DNA of 64,000 nt, from contig NC_086100.1 of assembly GCF_963921235.1 (NCBI RefSeq), positions 199,456,001-199,520,000 on the forward strand, given 5' to 3'. The notes below the pieces were generated by a model. It saw only the letters and a list, made by a program, of their open reading frames with translations. It made no database searches and was not told where the DNA came from. Shown here piece by piece: positions 1-10,727 of this stretch. This DNA comes from Mobula hypostoma (lineage: Eukaryota). A program made the position numbers and the translations under genes. The stretch's first letter is position 1, and each line of letters begins with the position of its first letter.

Positions 1-73
1 CCATGATCACAGTGAATGGCGGTGCTGGCTCGAAGGGCTGAATGGCCTACTCCTGCACCTATTGTCTATTGTC
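1..73 (+). mobile_element. CR1 LINE 3' terminus
   Basis: gaatggcggtgctggctcgaagggctgaatggcctactcctgcac followed by (ctattgt)2; same 3' end as the CR1 copy ending near 49205. Confidence 0.8.
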
Positions 74-674
74 CATTACAATAACTCCAGCGCTATTTTC
101 TTTTGGTCCTATATCTACCCTCAACTCTCTTTTACCTTTCATATACTTAAAAAAGCTTTTAGTATCTTCTTTGATATTAGTCGGCAGCTTCCTTCCATAA
201 TTCATCTTTGCCTTCCTAATGACCTTCTTAGTTTCCTTCTGCAAGTTTTTAAAAGCTTCCCAATCCTCTATCTTCCTTGTATGCCCTCTCTTTTGCTTTT
301 ACTTTGGCTCTGACTTCACTTGTCAGACACGATAGTGTCCTTCTTCCATTTGAAAATTTCTTCTTCTTTGGAATATATCTGTCTTGCACTTCCCTCATCT
401 TTTGCAAAAACTCCAACCAGTGTTGCTCTGCTGTCCTTATTGCTAGTGTCCCTTTCCGGTCAACCTTGGCCAGTTCCCCTCTCATGCCATTTAATTTCCT
501 TTATTCCATTGAAATACCGACACATTGGAATTTAGATTCTCTTTCTCAAATTTCAAAGTGAACTCGATTATATTGTAAACAACAGGAATTCTGCAGATGC
601 TGGAAATTCAAGCAACATACGTCAAAGTTGCTGGTGAACGCAGCAGGCCAGGCAGCATCTCTAGGAAGAGGTGC

Positions 675-710
675 AGTCGACGTTTCAGGCCGAGACCCTT
701 CGTCAGGACT
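675..710 (-). ncRNA. Minimal type I hammerhead ribozyme motif (PLE-associated)
   Basis: Reverse complement reads agtc-CTGACGA-agggtctcggcct-GAAAC-GTC-gact; helix I agtc/gact, helix II agg/cct. Confidence 0.75.
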
Positions 711-1484
711 AACTGAAGGAAGAGTGAGTAAGGGATTTGAAAGTTGGAGGGGGAGGGGGAGATCCAAAATGATAGGAGAAGACAGGAGTGGGAGGGATAG
801 AGCCGAGAGCTGGACAGGTGATAGGCAAAAGGGGATACGAGAGGATCATGGGACAGGAGGTCCAGGAAGAAAGACAAGGGCGGGGGGTGACCCAGAGGAT
901 GGGCAAGAGGTATATTCAGAGGGACAGAGGGAGAAAAAGGAGAGTGAGAGAAAGAATGTGTGCATAAAAATGAGTAACAGATGGGGTACGAGGGGGAGGT
1001 GGGGCCTTAGCAGAAGTTAGAGAAGTCGATGTTCATGCCATCAGGTTGGAGGCTACCCAGACGGAATATAAGGTGTTGTTCCTCCAACCTGAGTGTGGCC
1101 TGAGTGTGGTTGGAGGAACAACACCTTATATTCCGTCTGGGTAGCCTCCAACCTGATGGCATGAACATCGACTTCTCTAACTTCCGCTAAGGCCCCACCT
1201 CCCCCTCGTACCCCATGTGTTACTCATTTTTATGCACACATTCTTTCTCTCACTCTCCTTTTTCTCCCTCTGTCCCTCTGAATATACCTCTTGCCCATCC
1301 TCTGGGTCACCCCCCCCTTGTCTTTCTTCCCAGACCTCCTGTCCCATGATCCTCTCATATCCCCTTTTGCCTATCACCTGTCCAGCTCTCGGCTCTATCC
1401 CTCCCCCTCCTGTCTTCTCCTATCATTTTGGATCTCCCCCTCCCCCTCCAGCTTTCAAATCCCTTACTCACTCTTCCTTCAGTT

Positions 1485-1520
1485 AGTCCTGATGAAGGGT
1501 CTCGGCCTGAAACGTCGACT
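1485..1520 (+). ncRNA. Minimal type I hammerhead ribozyme motif
   Basis: agtc-CTGATGA-agggtctcggcct-GAAAC-GTC-gact. Confidence 0.75.
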
Positions 1521-1725
1521 GCACCTCTTCCCAGAGATGCTGCCTGGCCTGCTGCGTTCACCAGCAACTTTGATGTATGTTGCTCGATTATATTGTGATC
1601 ACTGTCCCCTAAGGGTTCCTTAACCTTATGCTCTCTTATCACCTCTGGATCATTGCACAACACCCAATCCAGCACAGCTGATCCCTTAGTGGGCTCAACA
1701 ACAAGCTGTTCTAAAAAGCCATCCC

Positions 1726-3887
1726 TGTGTACATACATCTATTGATGCTTCTGGACACATCTTCAGTGATGTTCCTGGAATCATCGGGTGTTTCGGGTCT
1801 TTCAACGTCATACAACCTCCTCCAGGTGACCCAGCCAGGGCTGATCAGACCCCAGCTTGTGTCCAGATGGCTAGCTACTTATGACTCCATGGCTCCCCTC
1901 TTTTGAGCCACAGCCATCTTGAGGCCCTCTCTGCCGCATCGGTGGTACTGCGGATGGCTCTCCTCTTCCTCTCTCCCTCGCTGCCCAAAATGCTGAAGGC
2001 TCTAACTAAGGAACAGGCTATGAATCCCCTACAACCAACCTCCACTGGGAGACACCTCGCTCTCCATCCAGCCTGCTGACAGTTGCTGACCAGTCCTGCG
2101 TACTAGGAGAGCTTCCTTTCAAAGGCCTCTTCCAATCTATCTTCCCATAGGACTGTCAGCTCCAGCAGCACCACTTGCTTAGTAGACTCAGACACTAGGA
2201 CAATGTCTGGTCGCAGGATGGTGGCTGCGATATGGTTGGGGAACTTCAGTTGCCCTTCGAGGTCCACCAACAGCTGCCAGTCCCTTGCAGAGGTCAGAAT
2301 GCCTGCAGATGTCCTTTTGGCAGGTATTGGCTGCTCTCCAGCTCTGACAAAGGCAATGGTCTGTTTGGAGGGTTGGGACCACTTCGCCCACTCAACTCCT
2401 GCGCTGATGGCTTCAGCGATGGTCTTCAGGACCTGATCATGCCTCCACCTGTACTGTCCGTCACCAAGTGCCCTTGCGCAGCCACTGAGGATGTGCTCCA
2501 GGGTTCCTCGCTTGGAGCACAGTGGGCACGCAGATGACTCTGCCTTGCCCCATGTGTGCAGGTTTGATGGGCTTGGAAGCACATCGTACACTGCCTGGAT
2601 GAGAAATTGGATGCGGTGTGGTTCGGCTTTCCAAAGATCAGCCCAGGTCACTTTCCTCTCAACCGCATTCTCCCATCTTGTCCAAGCTCCCTGTTGCTTC
2701 ATTCCCACTGCCTCGCAGGCTCTCATCTCCTCCACTACTGCTCTCACCTCCTCCTGAACTAGACGACGCCTTTCCTTCCCTCTGGTGTCCATTTGGGGAG
2801 TTGGAAAGGATCCTAGCCCAGCTCGGCCTTGTGTGACCACTCCCACCAGCCTCCTGTGACGCAGCCTTGCCTCTGCCTCCTGAACAGCTTCCTCTGCCCT
2901 CCACTTCCTGCCAGTACTTACTTGGATCCCTGCTCTAGCCACCTTCGGGTCACTTGAGTCCCTATACTGTAGCACTTCTCTGGCTCTTGTTGCCTTGAAT
3001 TCTTCCTCCAAGGATTTGAAGGGCAGTTGCAGTTTGTTGTGTCCATAGAGTGCGATGCTGCTCAGGCTCTTTGGCAGCTCCAGCCATCTCCTGAGGTGGT
3101 TGCTAACCCTCCTCTCTAAGGCTTCGACTGTCGAGATCGGAACTGCATAGACGAGGAGGGGCCACAGGATTCTGGGAAGAATGCCATGCTGATACACCCA
3201 GGCTTTAAACTTCCCAGGTAGGCCAGACTTGTCCACCGATTTCAGCCAGCCATCCAACAGGGTGCAGGTTGCCTGAATGAATGTTGTGCCCCTTAAAGAG
3301 CTGTCAAAAACTTTGCCTAAGCTCTTGACTGGCTTTTCTGTGATGGTTGGGATGGTTGGGATGGCTGTGCCTGTGATGCTGAACCGGAACTTGTTCTCCA
3401 CCTTCCCTTTCCTCAGCACCATCGATCTTGATTTGGCTGGTTTGAAATGCATCCGGGCCCACTCCACCAGCTTTTCGAGCCCTTGCAGAATCCTCTGACA
3501 GCCTGGGACTGATTCTGTGGTGACTGTGAGGTCATCCATGAATGCCCTGATAGGTGGTTGCCGTTGAGCGGAATTCATTCTGGGCCCTCTGCACTCTGGT
3601 TCAGCAGACTTAGTGAGCATGTTCATGGCTAGGGAGAACAGTGTCACTGAGATAGTGCACCCTGTGATGATGCCAATCTCCACCTTGTGCCAGCTTGATG
3701 TAATTGCTCCTGAAGAGACCCTCATCCTGAAGTTGCTGTAATAATCAGCGATAAGGTCTCTGATTCTGCTGGGGACGTGATATTTGGTCAGTGTGAACTG
3801 CACCCGCTTGTGCAGGATGGAGCCATATGCATTTGCCAGGTCGAGCCACAACACTGACAGGTTGCCCTTGTTCTCTCTGGCCTCCCT
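1726..3887 (-). mobile_element. 5'-truncated HERO-like (R2/NeSL group) non-LTR retrotransposon: RT, CCHC knuckle, restriction-like endonuclease, 3' UTR
   Basis: WLDLANAYGS, GCTIS, AFMDDL (RT); CPLC..EHILSGC; RHDQV; RPDIV..LLELTV (PD-D/ExK). Premature TAG at 2103-2105 where the copy at 62787 has AAG; the frame continues to a stop at 1875-1877. Confidence 0.85.
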
Positions 3888-4959
3888 AGACATTCTACAA
3901 ATTCTCTCTTGAGGTCCAGTACTGGGCTGGTTTTCCCAATCCAGTTTTATGTTAAAATCCCCAACGATTATCATGACATTGCCTTTCTGACACGCCTTTT
4001 CTATCTCCCGCTGAAATTTGTAATCCACATCCCGGCTGCTGTTTGGAGGCCTGTATACAACTGCCATTAGGGTACTTTTACCCTTGCCATTTCTTAACTC
4101 AACCCTTAGAGACTCTACACCCTCCAATCCTATATCATCCCTTTCTAATGATTTAATGTTATTTTTTATACACAGAGCCACACCACCCCCTCTGCCTACT
4201 AACCCAACTTTCTGATACACCGTATATCCTTGGATGTTCAGCTCTCAATGGCAGCCATCCTTTAGCCGAGTTTCAGAGATGGCCACAACTTGCCAATCTG
4301 TATCTGAATTTCAAGATCGTCCATTTTATTTAGAGACTTAGAGACAGGATTTATAAGAATTTGAGAAGTGTGGTCTGATTAGGGATAGTCAGGATGTTTT
4401 TTGTGAGGGGCAGGTTCTGCCTCACAAGCCAGAATGAATTCTTTGAAGGTGTGACAGCTGCTTCTTGAAATCACTCACCAAGTATGTTTAGTTGTGTGAA
4501 AAGATACCTTCTGTGGGAATGACGTTCATGGCAGGGAAATACAACAACCAACAAGCCACATTGGTAAAAGCAGGAGGGCCAGCGTTGTGGGGGCATGATT
4601 AGCTGGGACAGTTACAATTTGCTGGACGTCTATCCACCATTTGCATGCCATGTCCCTGGCGATGAAGTCGACCGAATGCCAATTACTAAAGGTACCTGAT
4701 GATGCCAAAAATATCTCTAAGCCTCTGTTTGGAACCAAGGAAGGGCCATGATCCCCCCCCCCAACCCCCCGCGCAAGCAGCAACGAGCAACAATCCCCCC
4801 TCCCCTCCCAGCAAAAATAAATGAGCATCAGGACCGTCACCGAGTCCCAGCGTGTGCTAAACAATAGCAAAGACAGACCAAAGTTACTCCAAAGGCTTCC
4901 CATTTCATCCGACATCCGACAACCCACAAACCACAGGTTCTCTCTCTCCCAGCTCTTCT

Positions 4960-7308
4960 TTCTTAATGACTATATGCTCAAGCTTTTCAGTCCTCTGTAA
5001 TCATCCCTACAATCGCCAAAATCCTTTTCACCGGTAAACACTGAAAGCAAAGTATTCATTAAGTATCTCCGCTACCTCCTCCAGCTCCATGCACATGTTT
5101 CTTCTCTCGCTCCTGGTTGGTCCTATTCTCACTCGACTCATCCTCTTGCTCTTCACATACTTGTAGAATGCCTTGGGGTTTTCCTTAATCCTGTCCGCCA
5201 AGGCCTTCTCATGGCCCCTTCTGGCTCTCCTAATTTCCTTCTTAAGCTCCTTCCTGGCAACCTTGTATTTTCTAGAGCTCTACAGTACCTGGTTTCTTGA
5301 ACCTTTCATAAGCTTTTCTTTTCTTCTTAACTGGATTTATTACATACCTTGTGCTCCATGGTTCTTTAGCCCTACCATCCTTTCCCTGTCTCAATGGAAT
5401 ACTGATGCAGAACTCCATACAAATGTTCCCTGACGTTTGCCACATTTCTGCTGTGCATTTCCCTGAGAACATCTGCTCCCAATCTATGTTCCCAAGTTTC
5501 TGCCTAATAGCATCATATTTCCCCCTACCCCAATTAAATGTTTTCCCAAATTGTCTGCTCCTATCCCCCTCCAACGCTAAGGTAGAGGAGATAGAGTTGT
5601 GATCGCTACCGGCAAAGTGTTCTCCCACGGAGAGATCCAACACCCGACCATGTTCATTTCCCAATACTAGATTAAGTACAGCCTCTCCTCTAGCTGGCTT
5701 ATCTACATATTGTGTCAGGAAACCTTCCTGAACACACCTAACAAACTCCACCTCATCCAAACCCCTTGCTCTGAGGAGATAGAAAATGTAGAAAACCTAC
5801 AGCACAATACAGGCCCTTCGGCCCACAATGCTGTGCCGAACATGTCCCTACCTTAGAAATTACCAGGGTTACCCAGAGCCCTCTATTATTCTAAGCTCCA
5901 TGTACCTATCCAAAAGTCTCTTAAAAGACCCTATTGTATCCGCCTCCACCACCATTGCTGGCAGCCCATTCCATGCACTTATTACCGCTCTCTGTGTAAA
6001 AAACTTACTCCTGACTTCTCCTCTGTACCTACTCCCCAGCACCTTAAACCTGTGTCCTCTTGTGACAGCCATTTCAGCCCTGGGAAAAAGCCTCAGACTA
6101 TCCACAGGATCAATACCTCTCATCATCTTATACACCTCTATCAGGGTCACCTCTCTTCCTCTGTCACTCCAAGGAGAAAAGGCCAAGTTCACTCAACCTG
6201 TTTTCATAAGGCATGCTCCCCAATCCAGGCAACATCCTTGTAAATCTCCTCTGCACCCTTTCTATGGTTTCCACGTCCTTCTTGTAGTGAGGCGACCAGA
6301 ACTGAGCACAGTACTCCAAGTGGGGTCTGACCAACCTCTGTGTTATACACCTCCAACCTTTGTGTCATATGTTAATATTTGTCAGACAATATTTGGAAAG
6401 TTAAAATCAATCATCACAACAACCCTATTATTTTTGAACTATTCCAGAATCTGCCTCCCTATCTGCTTCTCAATATCTCTGCTACTATTAGGGGGTCTAT
6501 AAAAACTCCCAGTGGAGTTGTTGCCCCCTTCCTGTTTCTAACTTACACCCAGAATGACTCAGTAGACAATCCCTCCATGACTTCCTCCTTTTCTGCAGCC
6601 GTGACACTATCTCTGATTAGCAATGCCACTCCCCCACCTCTTTTGCCTCCCTCTCTGTTCTTTTTGAAACATCTAAAGCCCGGAACACTCAGCAGTCATT
6701 CCTGCCCCTGAGACATCCAAGTCTCTGTAATGGCCACAATATCATAGTTCCACATACTGATTCACACTCTAGTTTAATCTGCCTTGTTTATGATACTCCT
6801 TGCATTAAAATAGACAACTGTCAACCATCTGGCTCAGTGCATCTTTGCTCTAACAACTGCCTGTCCTTCCTCACAAACTCCCTACGAGCTGTCTCTACCT
6901 GTGAACCAACTGGCCCATTCTCTGCTTTTTCACTATGGTTCCTACGCCCCCGCATTTATAATTCAAACCCTCCCCAGTAGCATTAGCAAACCTCCCTCCC
7001 AGGATATTGGTTCCCCTCCAGTTCAGGTGCAACTCATCCCACTTGTACAGGTCACCCCTTCCCAGAAAAGGTTCCACTGATCCAGGAACTTGAAACCCTG
7101 CCCCCTGCACCATCTGCTCAGCTACTCATTCATCTGTGCTATCTTCCTGTTCCGACCTTCACCAGCTCGTGGCACTGGGAGTAATCGGAGATGACCACCT
7201 TGGAGGTTCTGCTCTCTAGCCTCCTTCCCAACTCCCTCAACTTACTGCAGTGGACCACTACCCCTCTCCTGCCTGTGCCATTGGTACCAACATGTACCAC
7301 GACCTCTG
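4960..7308 (-). mobile_element. Degenerate CR1 (ORF1 esterase-like region to ORF2 5' part) with a nested CR1 3' fragment (~5780-6330)
   Basis: LHLNWRGTNILGGRFA; EFVRCVQEGFLTQYVDKPARGEAVLNLVLGN, GSDHN; nested copy TRGHRFKV..FFTQR..WNGLP. Confidence 0.75.
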
Positions 7309-7770
7309 GTGAGTGTGGGGGAGAGAGCGAGGGGGTTTGAGTGCGGGGGAGAGAGTGTGAGGGGGTTGAGTGTGGGGGAGAGAGCGAGGGGGGGTTGAGT
7401 CTGGGGGAGAGAATAAGGGAGAGATTGGGAGGGTTTGAGTGTGGGGATGGGTGTGTGGGTGGGGGAGGGAGGGAGGGTTTGAGTGTGGGTGGGGTTGAAT
7501 GTGGGTGAGGGAGGGAGGGTTTGAGTGTGGGTGGGGAAGGGAGGGAGGGGTTGAGTGTGGGGATGGGTGTGTGGGTGGGGGAGGGAGGGAGGGAGGGTTT
7601 GAGTGTGGGTGGGGAGAGCGGGAGGGGTTGAGTGTGGGGATGGGTGGGTGGGGGAGGGAGGGAGGGGTTAAGTGTGGGTGGGTGAGGGAGGGAGGGAGGG
7701 TTGAGTGTGGGTAGGGGAGAGCGGGAGGGTTTGAGTGTGGGGATGGGTGGGTGGGGGAGGGAGGGTGAGG
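7309..7770 (+). repeat. G-rich degenerate minisatellite (unit ~gagggagggtttgagtgtgggtgggg)
   Basis: Repeated ttgagtgtggg core with dense G-runs. Confidence 0.85.
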
Positions 7771-7899
7771 GGTATCTATTCAGAAGGGTCAGTGAGAGGG
7801 TTCAGGTGGGTGGAGAGAGCGAGAATGGGTTGTATGGGAGAAGGAAGAGGATTTTGGGTTGAGGGTTAGAACTACATCCTAACTCACTGGCCTCTCCCT

Positions 7900-8450
7900 G
7901 GGATCTCTATTTCTCTGCCGGGATTGCCAACTTGGAGAATTCTGCAGCAGACGTCGGGAAGCATTTGACCATCAGCAAAATGTTCCAAGTCCCGGATCCT
8001 CGGCCCTCGGGGTGCGGGACGGAATCTCCCCTCAGCCCCTGTACCAACCCCTGCACAGAACCCCGAGCTTCGGAAGGATCGGCAGCCTCCGCTCCGGTGC
8101 GACGCGGGATTTGGAGCGGTGCTACAGCTTCGTTACCTGTGTTGGATCCGGTGACGATGGCCGTCTTGCCGTTGAGATCCACGGGGCAATCCCTGGGTCT
8201 CCAGCAGCCCTTCCTCTGTAACCGGACCACCAAGTAAAGGAGGATGGAAGCCACGAACCAGAGAGGATGGGAGGTGAGAGAGGAGAGGACGGAGATAATG
8301 GAACTGAGTTGTACGCGATCCATGTTCCGTGCGTACTGTGACGGGACGTTTCTCAGAATACACGCTCAGCTCAGAGCACAATGTCCCACCGTTAAAGGGA
8401 CTTTGACAACACACACTCCGAGGTCGGGAGGGATGTGGTGTTTGGCCAGA
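7900..8450. promoter_or_regulatory. CpG-rich island over the first exon and promoter of the SDR gene
   Basis: Visibly CG-dense compared with CpG-depleted flanks; overlaps the ATG at 8323. Confidence 0.55.
8137..8323 (-). CDS. First coding exon of a retinol dehydrogenase-like short-chain dehydrogenase/reductase (RDH11/12/13/DHRS13 family); further exons presumably left of the window
   Basis: Hydrophobic N-terminal anchor, then CPVDLNGKTAIVTGSNTG (start of the TGxxxGxG Rossmann motif), ending at a phase-1 donor AG|GTAACG. Confidence 0.85.
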
Positions 8451-8989
8451 GGACCTTATGACACACGTTTGTACCCAGAGAAACACACGGAAATATTCAA
8501 AGTTCAAAATAAATTTATTATCAATCTACATATGATCCATTTTCCTGCGGGCATTCACAGAATCAATGAAAAACAAAGACAGACAGTGTGAGAAAGTCAG
8601 TACATTCTGCAAATACACACAGAAAAACAACAAATTGATAATGACACTAATCGATAAATAATGTTGAGAACACGACTGGTGTCCTGAGCTGCGTACAGTC
8701 GTTTTCAATGCAGGAAATATCATAGGAGGTCAGGTGAGCTGAAGGCATGGATCAACACCTGGGACTCAGACATTGTAGCCATTGGTGAGACCTGGTTGCA
8801 GGAGGGGGCAGGACTGGCAGCTCAACATTCCAGGGTTCTGTTGTATTAATTGTGACAGGGTGGGATGGATTAAAAGAGGAGGGATGGTGTTACTAGTCAG
8901 AGATAATATCAGTTCAGTGCTCAGTCAGGACAAACTGGATAACTGGTCTGGTCAGGCATGGGGCAACAAGGCCCTTCCCTAGTTGCCTC

Positions 8990-10035
8990 ATGTGGCGATG
9001 AGCTGCCTTCTTGATCTGCTGCAGTCCCCGAGGTGTGGGGACACCCACAGTGCTGTTAGGGAGGGGATTCCATGATTTTGACCCAGTGACAATGAGGGAA
9101 AGTGATATGTTTCCAGGTCAGGATGGTGAGTGATTTGGAGGGGGATTTCCAAGTGGTGGTGTTCCCAGGTATCTGCTGCTCTTGTTCTTCCAGACGGTAG
9201 CAGTTGTGGGTCTGGAAGGTGCTTCTTTAGGAACTGTGGTGTGTTGTTGCAGAGCATCTTGTAGATAGTACACACTGGAACTGTTTGTCGATGGTGGAGG
9301 GACTGGATGCTTTGGGAAGGGGAACCAATCAAGTGGGCTGCCTTGTACTGGATGGTGTCGAGCTTCTTGAGTGTCGATGGAGTTGCACTCACCCAGGCGA
9401 GTGGTGAGTATTCCTGACCTGACCTGACCTGACCTGAGTGGACAGGCTTTGGGGAATCAGAAGGTAAGTTACACTCCACAGGGTTCCTAGCCTTTGACCT
9501 GCTGTGGTAGCCACGGTGTCGAAATGGCGAGAGCAGTTCAGTTTCCTGTTGAAGGTAACCCCAGGATGTTGATAGCAGGGGATTCAGTGATGGTGGTGCC
9601 ACTGAATGTTAAGGGACGATGGTTAGAGCCTCTCTTGTTGGAGATGGTCATTGTCTGGCACTTGCATGGCTCGAATGTTACGTGCCACTTGTCAGCCCAA
9701 ACCTGGAGATTGTCCAGGTCCAGCTGCATTTGGGTATGAACTGCTTCACTATCTGAGGAGTCACGAATGGTGCAGAACGTTGTGCTGTCATCTGTGAACA
9801 TCCCCACTTCTGACCTTATGACAGACGGAGGGTCACTGTTGACGCAAATGAAGATGGTTGTCCCTCAGACACTTGCCTGAGGAACTCCCGCAGTGATGTC
9901 CTGAGGATGAGATGGTTGTCCTCCAACCATCACAACCGTCTTCCTTTGTGTCAGGTATGATTCCAACCAGTGGAGGGTTTTCCCCCTAATTCCCATTGAC
10001 TCCATTTCAGCTCAGCAACCTTGATGCCATACTCA
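8990..10035 (-). mobile_element. Old CR1/L2-group LINE 3' fragment (RT)
   Basis: MFTDDSTTF..LQVWADKWHVTFEPCKC, EYSPLAW..LDTIQ; small (cctga)n run at ~9412-9437. Confidence 0.7.
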
Positions 10036-10727
10036 GAAAGCTATGACCACGTTAACACACCAGCAGCAGTCCGACAGAATTAGAGGAACAAACTTGAAAA
10101 GGAGATCGCCGACTGTTGCAAGGAATATAAGGTTGCTATAGTAGGTGATATTAACTTTCCACATTTTGACTGGAGTCTCATACTGTCAAAGGACTAGATG
10201 GGACAGAGTTTGTCAAATGTGTTCAGGAAAGTTTTTCATCAACGCATAGAAGTCCCAGTGAGAGAGCATGCTACACATTAGACCATAAGATATAGGAACA
10301 GAAGTAGGCCATTTGGCCCATTGAGTCTGCTCCCCCGTTCAGTCATGGGCTGATTCAATTCTTCCAGTCATCCCTAATCCTGTGCCTACTCCTCATACCT
10401 TTTGATGCCCTGGTTAATCAAGAACCTCTACCTTAAATGCACCCAATGACTTGGCCTCCACAGCTGCTCATGGCAACAAATTCCAGAGATTTACCACCCT
10501 CTGACTAAAGTAATTTCTCCGCATCTCTGTTCTAGATGGACATCCTTTCATCCTGAAGTCATGCCCTCATGTCCTCGACTCCCCTACCATGGGAAATAAC
10601 CCCCTTCATTCTCCTGAACTCCAGGGAATACAGCCCAAGAGCTGCCAGACGTTCCTCATATGCTAACCCTTTCGATCCTGGAATCATTTTCATGAATCTT
10701 CTTTGAACCCTTAGTATATCCTTTCTA

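Larger units (their letters stand above)
577..1582. mobile_element. Palindromic Penelope-like element (PLE) 3' fragment
   Basis: Inverted arms ~612-1089 and ~1108-1583; arms encode the GIY-YIG ORF C-terminus LEEQHLIFRLGSLQPDGMNIDFSNFR; 14-bp TSD ctcgattatattgt at 563-576 and 1583-1596. Confidence 0.9.
74..4310 (-). mobile_element. Degenerate CR1 ORF2 fragment (APE endonuclease and linker), split by a PLE palindrome (577-1582) and a HERO-like element (1726-3887)
   Basis: Peptides GGGVALCIK, VVYRPPNS, IVGDFN, DGFLEQLVVEPT, LGDSDHN, KSFFKY are collinear with the CR1 at 46600-49207 once the inserts are removed. Confidence 0.85.

Noticed and set aside
628..1738. Several 60-130 aa ORFs mirrored on both strands
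   Set aside because: By-products of the palindromic PLE UTR
1760..1810. GAAAC and CTGAAGA in the HERO-like 3' UTR as a type II hammerhead
   Set aside because: No UH cleavage triplet or helix III after GAAAC, and helix II pairing is poor
2103..4220. 705-aa ORF looking like a dual-endonuclease (APE + RT + REL) retroelement
   Set aside because: Chance in-frame fusion: the first ~110 aa belong to the host CR1 (frameshifted at QERICRMS) and the CR1 resumes beyond the HERO-like 3' end
4526..4690. FIARDMA as possible exon 2 of the SDR gene
   Set aside because: Lacks the preceding GIG and following RGARVILACR motifs; no matching splice structure
7907..8136. Continuation of the 138-aa SDR ORF
   Set aside because: Intron read-through past the GT donor; similarity to SDRs stops there
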